53,938 nucleotides of DNA from a virus (taxonomy: Duplodnaviria > Caudoviricetes): IMG/VR virus record IMGVR_UViG_3300044491_001751, positions 1 through 53,938 of that record. One strand, given 5' to 3'. Shown piece after piece: positions 1 to 8,871 of the stretch. Position numbers and translations under genes: made by a program. The notes beneath the pieces were generated by a model, which saw only the letters and a program-made list of their open reading frames with translations, had not been told where the DNA came from and did no database searches. Each line of letters begins with the position of its first letter. The first letter of the stretch is position 1.

Positions 1-1
1 A

Positions 2-733
2 ATATCTACAACAACTGTAGGAAATGAAAGTCTTATAACTAGAGCAAGGAATACCATTGCTCACAAATTTATAAAATCAGACTTTGATGCTCTTCTTTTT
101 ATAGATGCGGACCACGGGTTCAATGCAGATGACATTGTAAAAATGATTGACTCAGGTAAAGAGCTTATCGGTGCACCCTACCCGATGAAGGGGATTAACT
201 GGGAAAACGTACGAGTTGCTGCTCTAGCTGGAAGGCAAAATCTTGAAGCCTATTCTGGATATTTTGCAGTTAATCTAGTGCAAGATGAAAAGCAAAACTT
301 TGACTCAAACGAGCCATACAAAGTAAAAGACGTTGGCACTGGCATGATGTTTATTAAGCGCGAAGTTTTTGAAAAAATTAGGCCGCTCTGCAAAACTTAC
401 AATCACAACTCTGTTGGAGATCTTGGGATTAAGTTTGGTGAAGAGATTACAGAGTTTTTCTACACGGAAATTGACAATAACAAGATTCTTTTGTCAGAAG
501 ACTACGCATTCTGCAGGGCTTGGCAAAAAGTAGGCGGGGAGGTGTGGGCAGCCCCCTGGGTCAGAATAACGCACTCTGGTGACTACAACTTTGCAGGTCA
601 GTTTGCCAATATGCTAGAAATCAATGCCGTCAAACAAGGAATGATTGCAGCCCAAAACAAAGCCAAAGAAGAAGCCGCAGCCGCTGAAGCTGCCGAATCT
701 ACAGAAGCAGAAGAAAAAGAACCTTCTGAGTAG
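2..733 (+). CDS. GT-A fold glycosyltransferase-like protein (5'-truncated by window edge)
   Basis: The frame is open from base 2 upstream of the called ATG at 143: ISTTTVGNESLITRARNTIAHKFIKSDFDALLFIDADHGF (DxD motif), then GTGMMFIKREVFEK and LSEDYAFC, typical of phage GT2-like proteins. Confidence 0.8.
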   Translation: MSTTTVGNESLITRARNTIAHKFIKSDFDALLFIDADHGFNADDIVKMIDSGKELIGAPYPMKGINWENVRVAALAGRQNLEAYSGYFAVNLVQDEKQNFDSNEPYKVKDVGTGMMFIKREVFEKIRPLCKTYNHNSVGDLGIKFGEEITEFFYTEIDNNKILLSEDYAFCRAWQKVGGEVWAAPWVRITHSGDYNFAGQFANMLEINAVKQGMIAAQNKAKEEAAAAEAAESTEAEEKEPSE

Positions 734-745
734 TGGGAAAATAGT

Positions 746-768
746 ATCTAAGGAAAATCTCCTTAGAT
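746..768. other. intergenic hairpin ATCTAAGGA-N5-TCCTTAGAT
   Basis: 9-bp perfect inverted repeat just after the GT stop; possible terminator or regulatory stem. Confidence 0.4.
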
Positions 769-783
769 TGAGGTAACTGAATA

Positions 784-900
784 TTGGCTAATGTAAAAGA
801 CTATGTATGTGCAGTCTGCTCAAAACAATACGTTGTCCCAAGTTTGGCAAGGGATTGTGAAGAGAAACACCAAGTAGTAATTTTACGAAGAGCTGGATAG
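784..900 (+). CDS. small putative zinc-finger protein, 38 aa (not in ORF track)
   Basis: GAGGT RBS, TTG start, MANVKDYVCAVCSKQYVVPSLARDCEEKHQVVILRRAG*; CxxC...CxxxH. Confidence 0.6.
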   Translation: MANVKDYVCAVCSKQYVVPSLARDCEEKHQVVILRRAG

Positions 901-954
901 AATTACACCGTTGTAGTACTATACTTTCAAGTAATAGTTTAAGGAGAGAAAACT

Positions 955-1227
955 ATGGCTTTAGCAGAGCGACTTCGCAATGCCAATGAGAACTACCAAA
1001 AAACCTTTGTCTGCAAACTTATGCAGGTCACCCTTGACCCCAAGCTGTCGGAGAGTGATGTTGAAGCTGTCCTGACTATTATTAATAGCCGTCCTGGTGA
1101 CGAGGCTCATGTGCCGAACATACGACTAGCATTTGCACTCCGTGAAGAGGGCTATGACGTAAGCCCAAGCGCAGTTGACAGGCACCGCCGCCAGATGTGC
1201 TCTTGCTACAGGTTAGTAAAGGGGTAG
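955..1227 (+). CDS. hypothetical protein, possible HTH with C-terminal CxC
   Basis: Strong AAGGAG RBS; LAFALREEGYDVSPSAVDRHRR..CSC; directly upstream of the phosphoesterase. Confidence 0.7.
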   Translation: MALAERLRNANENYQKTFVCKLMQVTLDPKLSESDVEAVLTIINSRPGDEAHVPNIRLAFALREEGYDVSPSAVDRHRRQMCSCYRLVKG

Positions 1228-1229
1228 TA

Positions 1230-2435
1230 ATGAGCCTCTCTGACAAGCTAGAAAAATTGCGTCTGCCTGGTCCAAGCGGCTCAGACAAACGACCGATGAA
1301 GCAGCCAGAAGAGTGGCGTGCTCGGATGGACATCGACACGGCTAAAGGTGGCTATGTTGTTGGTATCCCTAGGAGCGAAGGCGAAGAAGTAGACGCCGAT
1401 ACGGTTCTCTCAGAATTTGGCCTGAACCCGAACGAGTGGACAGTGACGTCCATGCGTAGGGGTAAATGGCAGAGGTATGACGGCGACTGGCTTGAGTCAG
1501 TAAGAGTCAATGTTGTCCCAGCTCTGGCTTCCGTGTCTGACTTAGTAGACATAGAGCAGCTAGTAGACCACATTAAGAAATGGCGTCCTGGCAAGGGGAC
1601 TAAGAAGTCCACTGGCGAGGGCGCTTTTTTAGTTGCTCCTAGCGACCAGCAAATTGGTAAGAAGGCAAACGGTCAGGGCACAGGTCAATCAATAGACCGA
1701 ATCCTGGGACTTACAGAGAAAGCTGTACACCGTTTTCAGCAAAACCTGAAAGCTGGAATCAATCCAGGAACTATTTGCATGGCACTTTTGGGAGACCACG
1801 TAGAGGGTACAACTAGCCAGAATGGACGACTACAGGGTCAGGCAGCATCAGACCTAGGTATCACGGAGCAGACGCGTGTGGCACGTAGGTTACTACTAGC
1901 TCAGGTAAAAGCTTTTGCTCCTCTGGTAGACAAGTTGATTGTGCCAGTCATCAACGGAAACCATGACGAAGCAACTCGTCAGGTTGTCACAGATCCAGCA
2001 GACGGATGGAACGTCGAGATTGCATCTGCTGTACAAGACATCTGTGCAGAGAATCCAGAGCTATCTCACGTGGAGTTCCGCTACCCAAGCTCTGGACACC
2101 AGACACTTACTGTAGACGTTGAGGGCACCATGCTCGGAATGTTCCACGGGCATCAGGCAAACCAAAACAACACACTAAGGTTCCTATCTCAGCACGCCGC
2201 TGGACAGACCGCCCTGGGTCAAGCAGACATGTGGATTTCTGGGCATTTCCACAACTTTAAGAGCATGGACATCGGAGAGCGTCTCTGGGTCCAAGCTCCG
2301 ACCACAGACCCAGGGAGCGAATGGTTCAGAGACCGTGCGGGCGTTGAATCAAAGCCAGGCCTCCTAACGATGATGATTGGCGGCAGTTACGAACCTCGTG
2401 AGCACATTAGCGTATTGGCGGTAGACAGTGAGTAA
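1230..2435 (+). CDS. calcineurin-like metallophosphoesterase (Mre11/SbcD-like fold)
   Basis: Motifs SDQQ, LGDHVEG, NGNHD, FHGH, GHFH; likely start is ATG 1230 just after the upstream stop. Confidence 0.85.
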   Translation: MSLSDKLEKLRLPGPSGSDKRPMKQPEEWRARMDIDTAKGGYVVGIPRSEGEEVDADTVLSEFGLNPNEWTVTSMRRGKWQRYDGDWLESVRVNVVPALASVSDLVDIEQLVDHIKKWRPGKGTKKSTGEGAFLVAPSDQQIGKKANGQGTGQSIDRILGLTEKAVHRFQQNLKAGINPGTICMALLGDHVEGTTSQNGRLQGQAASDLGITEQTRVARRLLLAQVKAFAPLVDKLIVPVINGNHDEATRQVVTDPADGWNVEIASAVQDICAENPELSHVEFRYPSSGHQTLTVDVEGTMLGMFHGHQANQNNTLRFLSQHAAGQTALGQADMWISGHFHNFKSMDIGERLWVQAPTTDPGSEWFRDRAGVESKPGLLTMMIGGSYEPREHISVLAVDSE

Positions 2436-2640
2436 AGAGACAACCAAAAAGAGCCTGGCAAAGACTCTCAGCTGGGAAGCAGTACATCTAATTGGTATTG
2501 CGGGAGTAATTTACTTGTTTACAGGAGAGTGGGAGTACGCCACGTGGGGAGCTATTGTTTACATTTTCTGGGAAGCGCTTGCCTATTTCATCCATGAAAG
2601 AGTCTGGGCTAAATTTGGATGGTTTAGCGGAGGAAAGTAA
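2428..2640 (+). CDS. small membrane protein, DUF2061-like
   Basis: KSLAKTLSW...YFIHERVW pattern with two hydrophobic segments. Confidence 0.7.
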   Translation: MSKETTKKSLAKTLSWEAVHLIGIAGVIYLFTGEWEYATWGAIVYIFWEALAYFIHERVWAKFGWFSGGK

Positions 2641-3230
2641 TGACAGAAAATTTCCCTAATTTTTTTAAAGCAGTAGGTGCAGACGCTTTTTTTGCTAGAA
2701 ACTTAGCGTCCTATGCAGGCCAACCAATCCAATGTTTGCAGATAGGGGCGTATACGGGCGATGCAACGGATTGGCTCTTTAATAATATCCTTACGCATCC
2801 TGACGCTACTCTGACAGACGTAGATCCTTGGACTGGTTCAGACGAGCCAGTTCACCACCAGCTTGACTGGGGATCAGTAGAAGAAAAATATCTAGAAAGA
2901 CATCAAGATAAAATTGACTCAGGGAAACTAAAAATATTTAAAGGAACGAGCGACGAGTTCTTTGACTCAAAAGAAGGAAAAACAGGATTTCACTTTATTT
3001 ATATTGACGGAAACCACGAAGCAGCTCAAGTTTTAAAAGATGGCCTAAATGCAATCTACAGGACTGGAGTTGGAAGTATTGTGGCTTTTGATGATTATAG
3101 GTGGACTTCAGGAAAAGGCCTGTGGGCAGACCCAAAGCCAGCTATCGAAGCTATATGGTTTTGTCACAGCAACAAGTTTGAGCTTATAGATAAGGGAGAG
3201 CAAATTTGGCTAAAAAGGACCAGTCTTTAA
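2640..3230 (+). CDS. class I SAM-dependent methyltransferase (Methyltransf_24-like)
   Basis: LQIGAYTG, VDPW, FIYIDGNH, IVAFDDY motifs. Confidence 0.85.
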   Translation: MTENFPNFFKAVGADAFFARNLASYAGQPIQCLQIGAYTGDATDWLFNNILTHPDATLTDVDPWTGSDEPVHHQLDWGSVEEKYLERHQDKIDSGKLKIFKGTSDEFFDSKEGKTGFHFIYIDGNHEAAQVLKDGLNAIYRTGVGSIVAFDDYRWTSGKGLWADPKPAIEAIWFCHSNKFELIDKGEQIWLKRTSL

Positions 3231-4288
3231 AAGTTGCCGTCTACTGCATTGCTCTTAACGAGGAGCAGTTTGTCGAAAAATGGTACGAAAGTGCAAAAGA
3301 GGCAGACTACCTCTTAATTGCAGATACAGGTAGTACGGATGGTACCCGTGAAACTGCAATAAAGCTTGGAATCAACGTAATAGACGTAAAAGTGCGTCCT
3401 TGGCGTTTTGACGATGCCCGCAATGCATCACTCGTAGCCATCCCAGAAGACATTGACTACTGTATTGCCCTAGACATGGATGAAATCCTACTCCCTGGGT
3501 GGAAGCAAGAATTAGTAAACGCCCATAAGAATGGCTGGACACGTCCTAGGTATCAATACACATGGAATTGGCTAGACGAGGCGGAAACTGTACCAAGTCT
3601 TCAATATGGTGGAGATAAAATTCACACGCGTAAGGGGTACAGGTGGACACACCCTGTCCACGAGGTCCTAAGAGCCTATGGAGAGACAAAAGAGACTCAG
3701 GGATGGGTTGGGCTGGAGATCCACCACCACCCAGACAATACAAAGTCTCGTGGACAGTATTTTCCGCTGCTAAAGATGGCTGTAGACGAGCAGCCAGACG
3801 ACGACAGAAACGCTTATTATTACGCTAGAGAGCTTTTCTTTCACGGTCTATATGATCAGGCCATTGTCGAGTTTAAACGCCACCTGAGCCTCCCTAGAGC
3901 CACCTGGGCCCCAGAGAGAGCTGCCTCTATGAGGTATCTAGCAAAGATGATACCCGCTGAGCGAGAAAAATGGCTACTAGACGCAATTGCCCAAGCTCCA
4001 GGGCGTAGAGAGGCTTTAGTCGAATTGGCTCAGCACTACTATGAAGAGCAGAACTGGGCTAGATGCTTAGAATATGCCAAAAAGGCTCTAGACATCAAAG
4101 AAAAGCCACTTGACTTCCTTTGCGAAGCTTTTGCTTGGGGTTGCCTCCCGTGGGATTACGCAGCAATTTCGTCATATTATGTCGGAGACAGGAAAAACGC
4201 CCTTATTTACGGAACTAAGGCTTTGGAGCTAGAACCGCAAAATGAGCGGTTGCGAGAAAATATGGCGTATTACGCCAAAAATGATTAG
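3206..4288 (+). CDS. GT2 glycosyltransferase with C-terminal TPR repeats
   Basis: IALNEE, DTGSTDGT, FDDARN, LDMDE, VHE motifs; TPR-like helices in the C-terminal half. Confidence 0.9.
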   Translation: MAKKDQSLKVAVYCIALNEEQFVEKWYESAKEADYLLIADTGSTDGTRETAIKLGINVIDVKVRPWRFDDARNASLVAIPEDIDYCIALDMDEILLPGWKQELVNAHKNGWTRPRYQYTWNWLDEAETVPSLQYGGDKIHTRKGYRWTHPVHEVLRAYGETKETQGWVGLEIHHHPDNTKSRGQYFPLLKMAVDEQPDDDRNAYYYARELFFHGLYDQAIVEFKRHLSLPRATWAPERAASMRYLAKMIPAEREKWLLDAIAQAPGRREALVELAQHYYEEQNWARCLEYAKKALDIKEKPLDFLCEAFAWGCLPWDYAAISSYYVGDRKNALIYGTKALELEPQNERLRENMAYYAKND

Positions 4289-4737
4289 TTTTTGCTTTTT
4301 TGCGCGTGGTAAGCGTCTACAGCATTTGCACTAGTTCTACTCTGCCAAGTAAAGTGACAATCGTCACACCTAACTATGCGCATAGTAGCCCATCGGCCCC
4401 CGTCTGGACGATCGACAGTCGCTGTCTTTAGTTTGTCAGTTTTTGCTCGGCAATAGGGGCATAAAGGAAAACGCTTGTATCGCATTTCTTGCCCTTCCCA
4501 GTTGACAGATAGGGTATTTCTAATTTCTTGATAGTCCAATCCACCCCAAATGCCCCACAGCTGCTTGTTGTCTAGTGCCCATTGCGCACAATCTTTACGT
4601 ACAGGGCAGACACTGCAAAGTTTTTTTGCTTCGTATTGTTGAGCAGGCTTGTTTGCAAAAAAGTTGTCCATCTTGTCGGCGTGCTCTGGCTTGCCGCACT
4701 CTGCATCTTCGTGCCAGTCGGGACTATTAAGAAACAA
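4285..4737 (-). CDS. whiB: WhiB-family transcription factor with extra C-terminal zinc ribbon
   Basis: W....C...FF...AKKLCSVCPVRKDC...WGIWGG; extra CPYC...CDDC; probable TTG start at 4737 behind GGAGG (ORF track starts at 4761). Confidence 0.9.
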   Translation of the reverse strand: MFLNSPDWHEDAECGKPEHADKMDNFFANKPAQQYEAKKLCSVCPVRKDCAQWALDNKQLWGIWGGLDYQEIRNTLSVNWEGQEMRYKRFPLCPYCRAKTDKLKTATVDRPDGGRWATMRIVRCDDCHFTWQSRTSANAVDAYHAQKSKN

Positions 4738-5065
4738 ATGGAACCTCCACAAAAGTGGCATCCCAGTCGTAGAGCTCGTTGTCTAAGTCGCAGTAAACAG
4801 GAAATCTTTCATCGTCGTCTTCAAAGTAATATCCACCTTTGCTGGTCCAACCTAAGTCAATAAGCCGAAAGGCCTCGCCAAGCGAGTCTGCCACGCCTTC
4901 GAGGCGGAGCTGCTTAGCGAGGGCCTTCTTGGCAATCTGATCTTGATCAAGATAGACATGCTCTGTGAGGTAGAAAACTACGGAATCGGAGTGTATTTTT
5001 CTGGGAAAATCGTCGCCTTCCCATACAAGCCAGATTGGCTCTGCGATTGTCTTCTTACGTCTCAC
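4727..5065 (-). CDS. hypothetical protein
   Basis: 112-aa ORF overlapping whiB; GTG start 6 nt downstream of a TAAGTT -10-like box. Confidence 0.7.
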   Translation of the reverse strand: MRRKKTIAEPIWLVWEGDDFPRKIHSDSVVFYLTEHVYLDQDQIAKKALAKQLRLEGVADSLGEAFRLIDLGWTSKGGYYFEDDDERFPVYCDLDNELYDWDATFVEVPFVS

Positions 5066-5114
5066 ATATAAAACTTATATGCGACTTAAGATAACCTTAC
5101 CGTAAATTACAAAA

Positions 5115-5606
5115 TCAGTTTACTGGCCATACATAATCGTATGTGTCTGGCCTAGCACCAGTGTCTTCTGGCCAATTAAATTGCGAATACCACTCGTAGT
5201 CTTTGTTAAGAAGTGCCATACGGTGGCTAGACGCTATCTGACCAAAAAGCTCTTTATCTTTCATCCATGCAGGTAGGCGGTGGCTGTCTTTAGTGATCCG
5301 ACCAAGCTTAAGTGCTTGCAAGTATGTAAGGATGGTTTTTTGGCCAATAGTGGACTTATAGCCTCGCTTCTCCCACTCAAGTACCATCTTTAGTATGTAG
5401 AGAGTAAGAGCGCCTTCGTGGCCACGCCACATCTTAACGGCGGGGTGATTACGCCAGCCTTTAGCTGTGCGGTGGTTGCCCTGTGGGTCCAGTTCCACAA
5501 GGTTCATTAGGATTTGCCAGCCCTCTAGGGCTTGCTTGTTTAGTCGTGCTCGGTCTAGGACCTGCGCAGTATCCGCCGAGCCAAGTAGCGGTACAAATGT
5601 TTGCAT
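5115..5606 (-). CDS. pyrimidine-dimer DNA glycosylase / endonuclease V-like (MSMEG_6728-like)
   Basis: MQTF.P...LDRARLNKQALEGWQI, W.NHPAVKMWRG, SHR.ALL.K, YVWP family motifs. Confidence 0.85.
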   Translation of the reverse strand: MQTFVPLLGSADTAQVLDRARLNKQALEGWQILMNLVELDPQGNHRTAKGWRNHPAVKMWRGHEGALTLYILKMVLEWEKRGYKSTIGQKTILTYLQALKLGRITKDSHRLPAWMKDKELFGQIASSHRMALLNKDYEWYSQFNWPEDTGARPDTYDYVWPVN

Positions 5607-5608
5607 GG

Positions 5609-6574
5609 CTATAAGGTAGCAGTATATCCGCGCTGTGTCAACTCTTCCATAAAATTTTCAGCAACATGAGCATGGGCGTGTACTCCCATATGAGAGTTGT
5701 CTCTCCCTATGTAAAAATTAGGGTGATTACTTAGATCTTTGTGGCAATCTTGGGGGATAGAGTTGGCTCCCTGGTAGTCACTCTGATCTATCATTTCATA
5801 GTCAATTTTTATATAATTTTTAAATGGTAACTCTAAATTTAAAGTTTTTGCAGCTTCATTTGAAGCTTCAATAATAGAAGTAGTTTCAATACTCCAAGAA
5901 CTGTATATAAAATTAGTGCCAGTAAGTTTGCACAAAGCTTCAGTATTAATTATTGCTTGTAAATTTAAATAGGTAACATACGGTCTAGCTAAAACTTTTT
6001 GTATAACATGAGGACGTTTTGATATTTTCTGTTCGTTTTCATAAATCCCCACATTTACAGCATTAAAAACCTCGAATTCTGAAGGCCGAGAGCCGTGATC
6101 TTCTTTAGAGTCCACTAAATAGCCTGGGTCTTCTATAAAGGGAAGTCTGCAATCTATACGAGGATAAAGGACAAAAAAGTTTTTAGGAGCACCATAGTTT
6201 TTAATTTGATAGAAATAGTCATCTAAAATACTTATTGCACTAGCCCCTCCCATCCCTAAGTTTACGCATTTAGTTCCCAAGCTTTTAGAGACAATTGTTC
6301 CCCACAGAAAATCATTAGCTAATGACAAGTCTTCGTCTATAAACTGTCCGTAAGTTTCAGAACACCCAGAAAAAATAGTTTCATAATACATATCTGGGTC
6401 CTGAGGCTGAACCAGTCGAGACCCCGTGTGTCGTCTTTTTTGGCCTAATACATCTAGAAAAAAATTATTGTCAGCTTCAACGTAGACTCTGTGCAAACCA
6501 AACCGAGAATAGTTAGAAAGTTTTTCTCGTAAAAGCGCAGAAAAAATGCCTTTAAAATCCGAATGGTTTAGCAA
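5609..6574 (-). CDS. SGNH/GDSL hydrolase-like protein (start uncertain, AT-rich)
   Basis: GCSETYG (block I Ser), NLGMGGAS (block II), RDNSHMG (DxxH); visibly more AT-rich than flanks. Confidence 0.65.
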   Translation of the reverse strand: MLNHSDFKGIFSALLREKLSNYSRFGLHRVYVEADNNFFLDVLGQKRRHTGSRLVQPQDPDMYYETIFSGCSETYGQFIDEDLSLANDFLWGTIVSKSLGTKCVNLGMGGASAISILDDYFYQIKNYGAPKNFFVLYPRIDCRLPFIEDPGYLVDSKEDHGSRPSEFEVFNAVNVGIYENEQKISKRPHVIQKVLARPYVTYLNLQAIINTEALCKLTGTNFIYSSWSIETTSIIEASNEAAKTLNLELPFKNYIKIDYEMIDQSDYQGANSIPQDCHKDLSNHPNFYIGRDNSHMGVHAHAHVAENFMEELTQRGYTATL

Positions 6575-6815
6575 TGCTCTGCTTTACTGACGCAAACGCC
6601 GTAACTACAAAACTGTTATTGTCCATGTTCTGAGCAATATCTCCATAAGTCTTTGCCTCTGGATATGAGATTTTTAGCTCGAGCTGTACGCTATCTTCTA
6701 CAGAGTCTTCAGGAATATTTAAAAATTTTCCGATGCGCTTTATAGCTTCTTCTTTAGCTTCCGTAATGTCGTCGGCCGCGAGTTTTAGCTCAAAAGATGT
6801 TCTAACCACGCTCAC
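6552..6815 (-). CDS. hypothetical protein
   Basis: 87-aa ORF translationally coupled to the upstream gene. Confidence 0.7.
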   Translation of the reverse strand: MSVVRTSFELKLAADDITEAKEEAIKRIGKFLNIPEDSVEDSVQLELKISYPEAKTYGDIAQNMDNNSFVVTAFASVKQSIAKPFGF

Positions 6816-7249
6816 TATGCTTTCCTAATACGCTTTTCTAGCTTGTAGGGGGAGTAGTGGACGCCCTTAAGTTCTGGGGACTTTCCGTCGGTGTCGTTGA
6901 AAATGACGTCACCATAGCGGACTGCAACCACTGTGCCGCGGCGACTGTTGTGCATGGGTCCAAGCTCGTCACGGAAAGCATCTGCTTTAACACGGACGAT
7001 GTCTCCAACGACAATTTGTCCTGGCTGGAGTGGTGTCCAAATGTAGTCATCTTCATTTTCTTCCTCCTTAATGGCGTGCCCCATGGCTAGCTGGGGGAAC
7101 ACAGTAAGGACTTCTTCTGTCATATTTTCACTTAGGCTGGGAACACTCTCCCATGCTTCTAGCAATTTAATTATTGCTTTACCAGAGCCAACCTTGACCT
7201 TGGCGGCCTGTAGCTGCTCTTTAACCCACTCGTAGTTTACTTCTGGCAT
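6815..7249 (-). CDS. hypothetical protein with C-terminal SH3/KOW-like segment
   Basis: IVVGDIVRVK...RGTVVAVRYGDVI pattern; coupled start/stop with both neighbours. Confidence 0.7.
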   Translation of the reverse strand: MPEVNYEWVKEQLQAAKVKVGSGKAIIKLLEAWESVPSLSENMTEEVLTVFPQLAMGHAIKEEENEDDYIWTPLQPGQIVVGDIVRVKADAFRDELGPMHNSRRGTVVAVRYGDVIFNDTDGKSPELKGVHYSPYKLEKRIRKA

Positions 7250-8259
7250 TATATTCCTCTCGGTTGAAATTCTATCACTAAGTTTTGCAATGTGTTGATT
7301 GCAGATTCTTTGTTAGGAATCTGCGACTCATAGCTTTTAACTTGCTGAAAAGCAACGTGTTGTCTCTCATATGGTTGCATGTCTTCTATCTGGTATGCCA
7401 AATATGACCATTCTCTACCTAAGATAGAACTTTCTTGCCACTTTGTTACTATAGGAGTGACTGTGTTTAGTCCTTGTATATACCTGTAAGACCACCAAGT
7501 TCCCGTGTTTCTAGCTTGAGGTGCTACTAAAATTCCTAGAGAGTTTTTAATTCTTCCTTCAGCTTCCAAGTCTTTTGGTTTTTTGCTATTTTTAACTGAA
7601 ATTAGAGGAAATCTAGTTGTATTAGAGACTAATGATGTCCATGGATTACTTATATCGTCTGCTGCCCATTGGAGAGTTCTGCCTATCTCAGGAGTTTCTT
7701 TTCTAAGAAGAAAAGAATCAAGATTTAGTCCGACAATGCTGGCTTCATTTATAAATGGCAACTTAACGAGAAGATCTTGCCTAGAACTCCACGGAAGCTG
7801 CGGAACCAGTGTAGTTGGCCATGGAGCAGAAGACAGCTTGTCTGCTAGCCCCTCCGCGTGGGACCTGATTTTGCCATTTTTGGCTTCCGAATAGTTTTTC
7901 CTACTTGAGTAGAAAGAGCCAAATACTTGATCTGGATCTCTTTTAAATGAATTAATACTGTTCTTATACTGCCAAATTTGAGGACTGTCGACTACTAGTT
8001 TAAGTTTTGGGGACTCGTACATTGTATTAAGCACTTTAAGTGCTGCATATAGATGATTTGCCCCCATTGACGTGGGTGGGGTGAACCCAAAAATAATCTC
8101 ATCAAAAACTTCTAAATCGGCTCTTGACCAAGACAATTTAGGTTCAGACCAAATAACTTCGGAAAACTCGTTATATGCCTCGGCAAGCGTCTTAAAAAAA
8201 GTTTGATTTTTAGACTCTTTACAGTGAGAAGAGCTCATCCCTGTAAACAAAACTTTCAT
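7249..8259 (-). CDS. putative GT-B fold glycosyltransferase-like protein
   Basis: MKVLFTGM Rossmann-type start, DLEVFDEIIFG, and C-terminal GILVAP...WWSYRYIQGLNTVTPIVT resembling GT-B C-domain; 336 aa. Confidence 0.45.
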   Translation of the reverse strand: MKVLFTGMSSSHCKESKNQTFFKTLAEAYNEFSEVIWSEPKLSWSRADLEVFDEIIFGFTPPTSMGANHLYAALKVLNTMYESPKLKLVVDSPQIWQYKNSINSFKRDPDQVFGSFYSSRKNYSEAKNGKIRSHAEGLADKLSSAPWPTTLVPQLPWSSRQDLLVKLPFINEASIVGLNLDSFLLRKETPEIGRTLQWAADDISNPWTSLVSNTTRFPLISVKNSKKPKDLEAEGRIKNSLGILVAPQARNTGTWWSYRYIQGLNTVTPIVTKWQESSILGREWSYLAYQIEDMQPYERQHVAFQQVKSYESQIPNKESAINTLQNLVIEFQPRGI

Positions 8260-8274
8260 GGCTACATCCTATGA

Positions 8275-8306
8275 GTTAGGCGGGGCACCAATGTACCCCG
8301 CCTAAC
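8275..8306 (-). terminator. GC-rich hairpin downstream of SSB
   Basis: GTTAGGCGGGG...CCCCGCCTAAC 11-bp inverted repeat; no clear U tract. Confidence 0.6.
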
Positions 8307-8314
8307 ATCTTTAA

Positions 8315-8866
8315 TTAGAAGGGCTGATCGCCACTTACTGGCGGTGCAGGAGCAGCAGCAGGTGCAGGTGCAGGAGCTGGTGCTGGTGCAGCAGCAGCAG
8401 GTGCTGGTGCTACCTCAGGAGCAGAAGCAGAAGCAGGAGCAGCACTAGCAGTTGTAGCTGAGTAGTAGCGCTTAATCTCGTTGCTCTGAGTTCCGTTGTA
8501 AGTACGGGTCCCTAGAGTTGCACGATAAGAACGACCCATTAGAGCCTGCTCAACCTGAGCTGGCGACGGGTTCTGCTCCCAGTACGGCGTCCCTAGGCCC
8601 ATGGCAGTAGCCTTCATAAAGAACATGTTCATGGCCTTAGGGTTGTCTGGGGAGACAACTAGCTGGTCCCATACGCGACGCTTGTCGTAAGCACCGCCCT
8701 GAACCTCGTTAGTTACCTTGAACATCAACTTTCCAGTTGATGTGGTTGTTGCTGAAGCCTCGATAACCTTCAGGTCATAGTCACCATCTGGTAGCGGCTC
8801 GTAGTTGGTGCTGGTCGCTGCGGTTCCAGCCTGCTTTAGCAGCTCAGAGAAATTAACGGTACTCAT
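8315..8866 (-). CDS. single-stranded DNA-binding protein (DUF669-like)
   Basis: YEPLPDGDY...TGKLMF OB-fold-like N-terminus, Ala/Pro linker, acidic DQPF C-terminus; adjacent to AAA and exonuclease genes. Confidence 0.8.
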   Translation of the reverse strand: MSTVNFSELLKQAGTAATSTNYEPLPDGDYDLKVIEASATTTSTGKLMFKVTNEVQGGAYDKRRVWDQLVVSPDNPKAMNMFFMKATAMGLGTPYWEQNPSPAQVEQALMGRSYRATLGTRTYNGTQSNEIKRYYSATTASAAPASASAPEVAPAPAAAAPAPAPAPAPAAAPAPPVSGDQPF

Positions 8867-8871
8867 ACCTA

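Noticed and set aside
8340-8455. GCAGCA/GGTGCA repeats as a possible array
   Set aside because: Simply encode the Ala/Pro linker of the SSB
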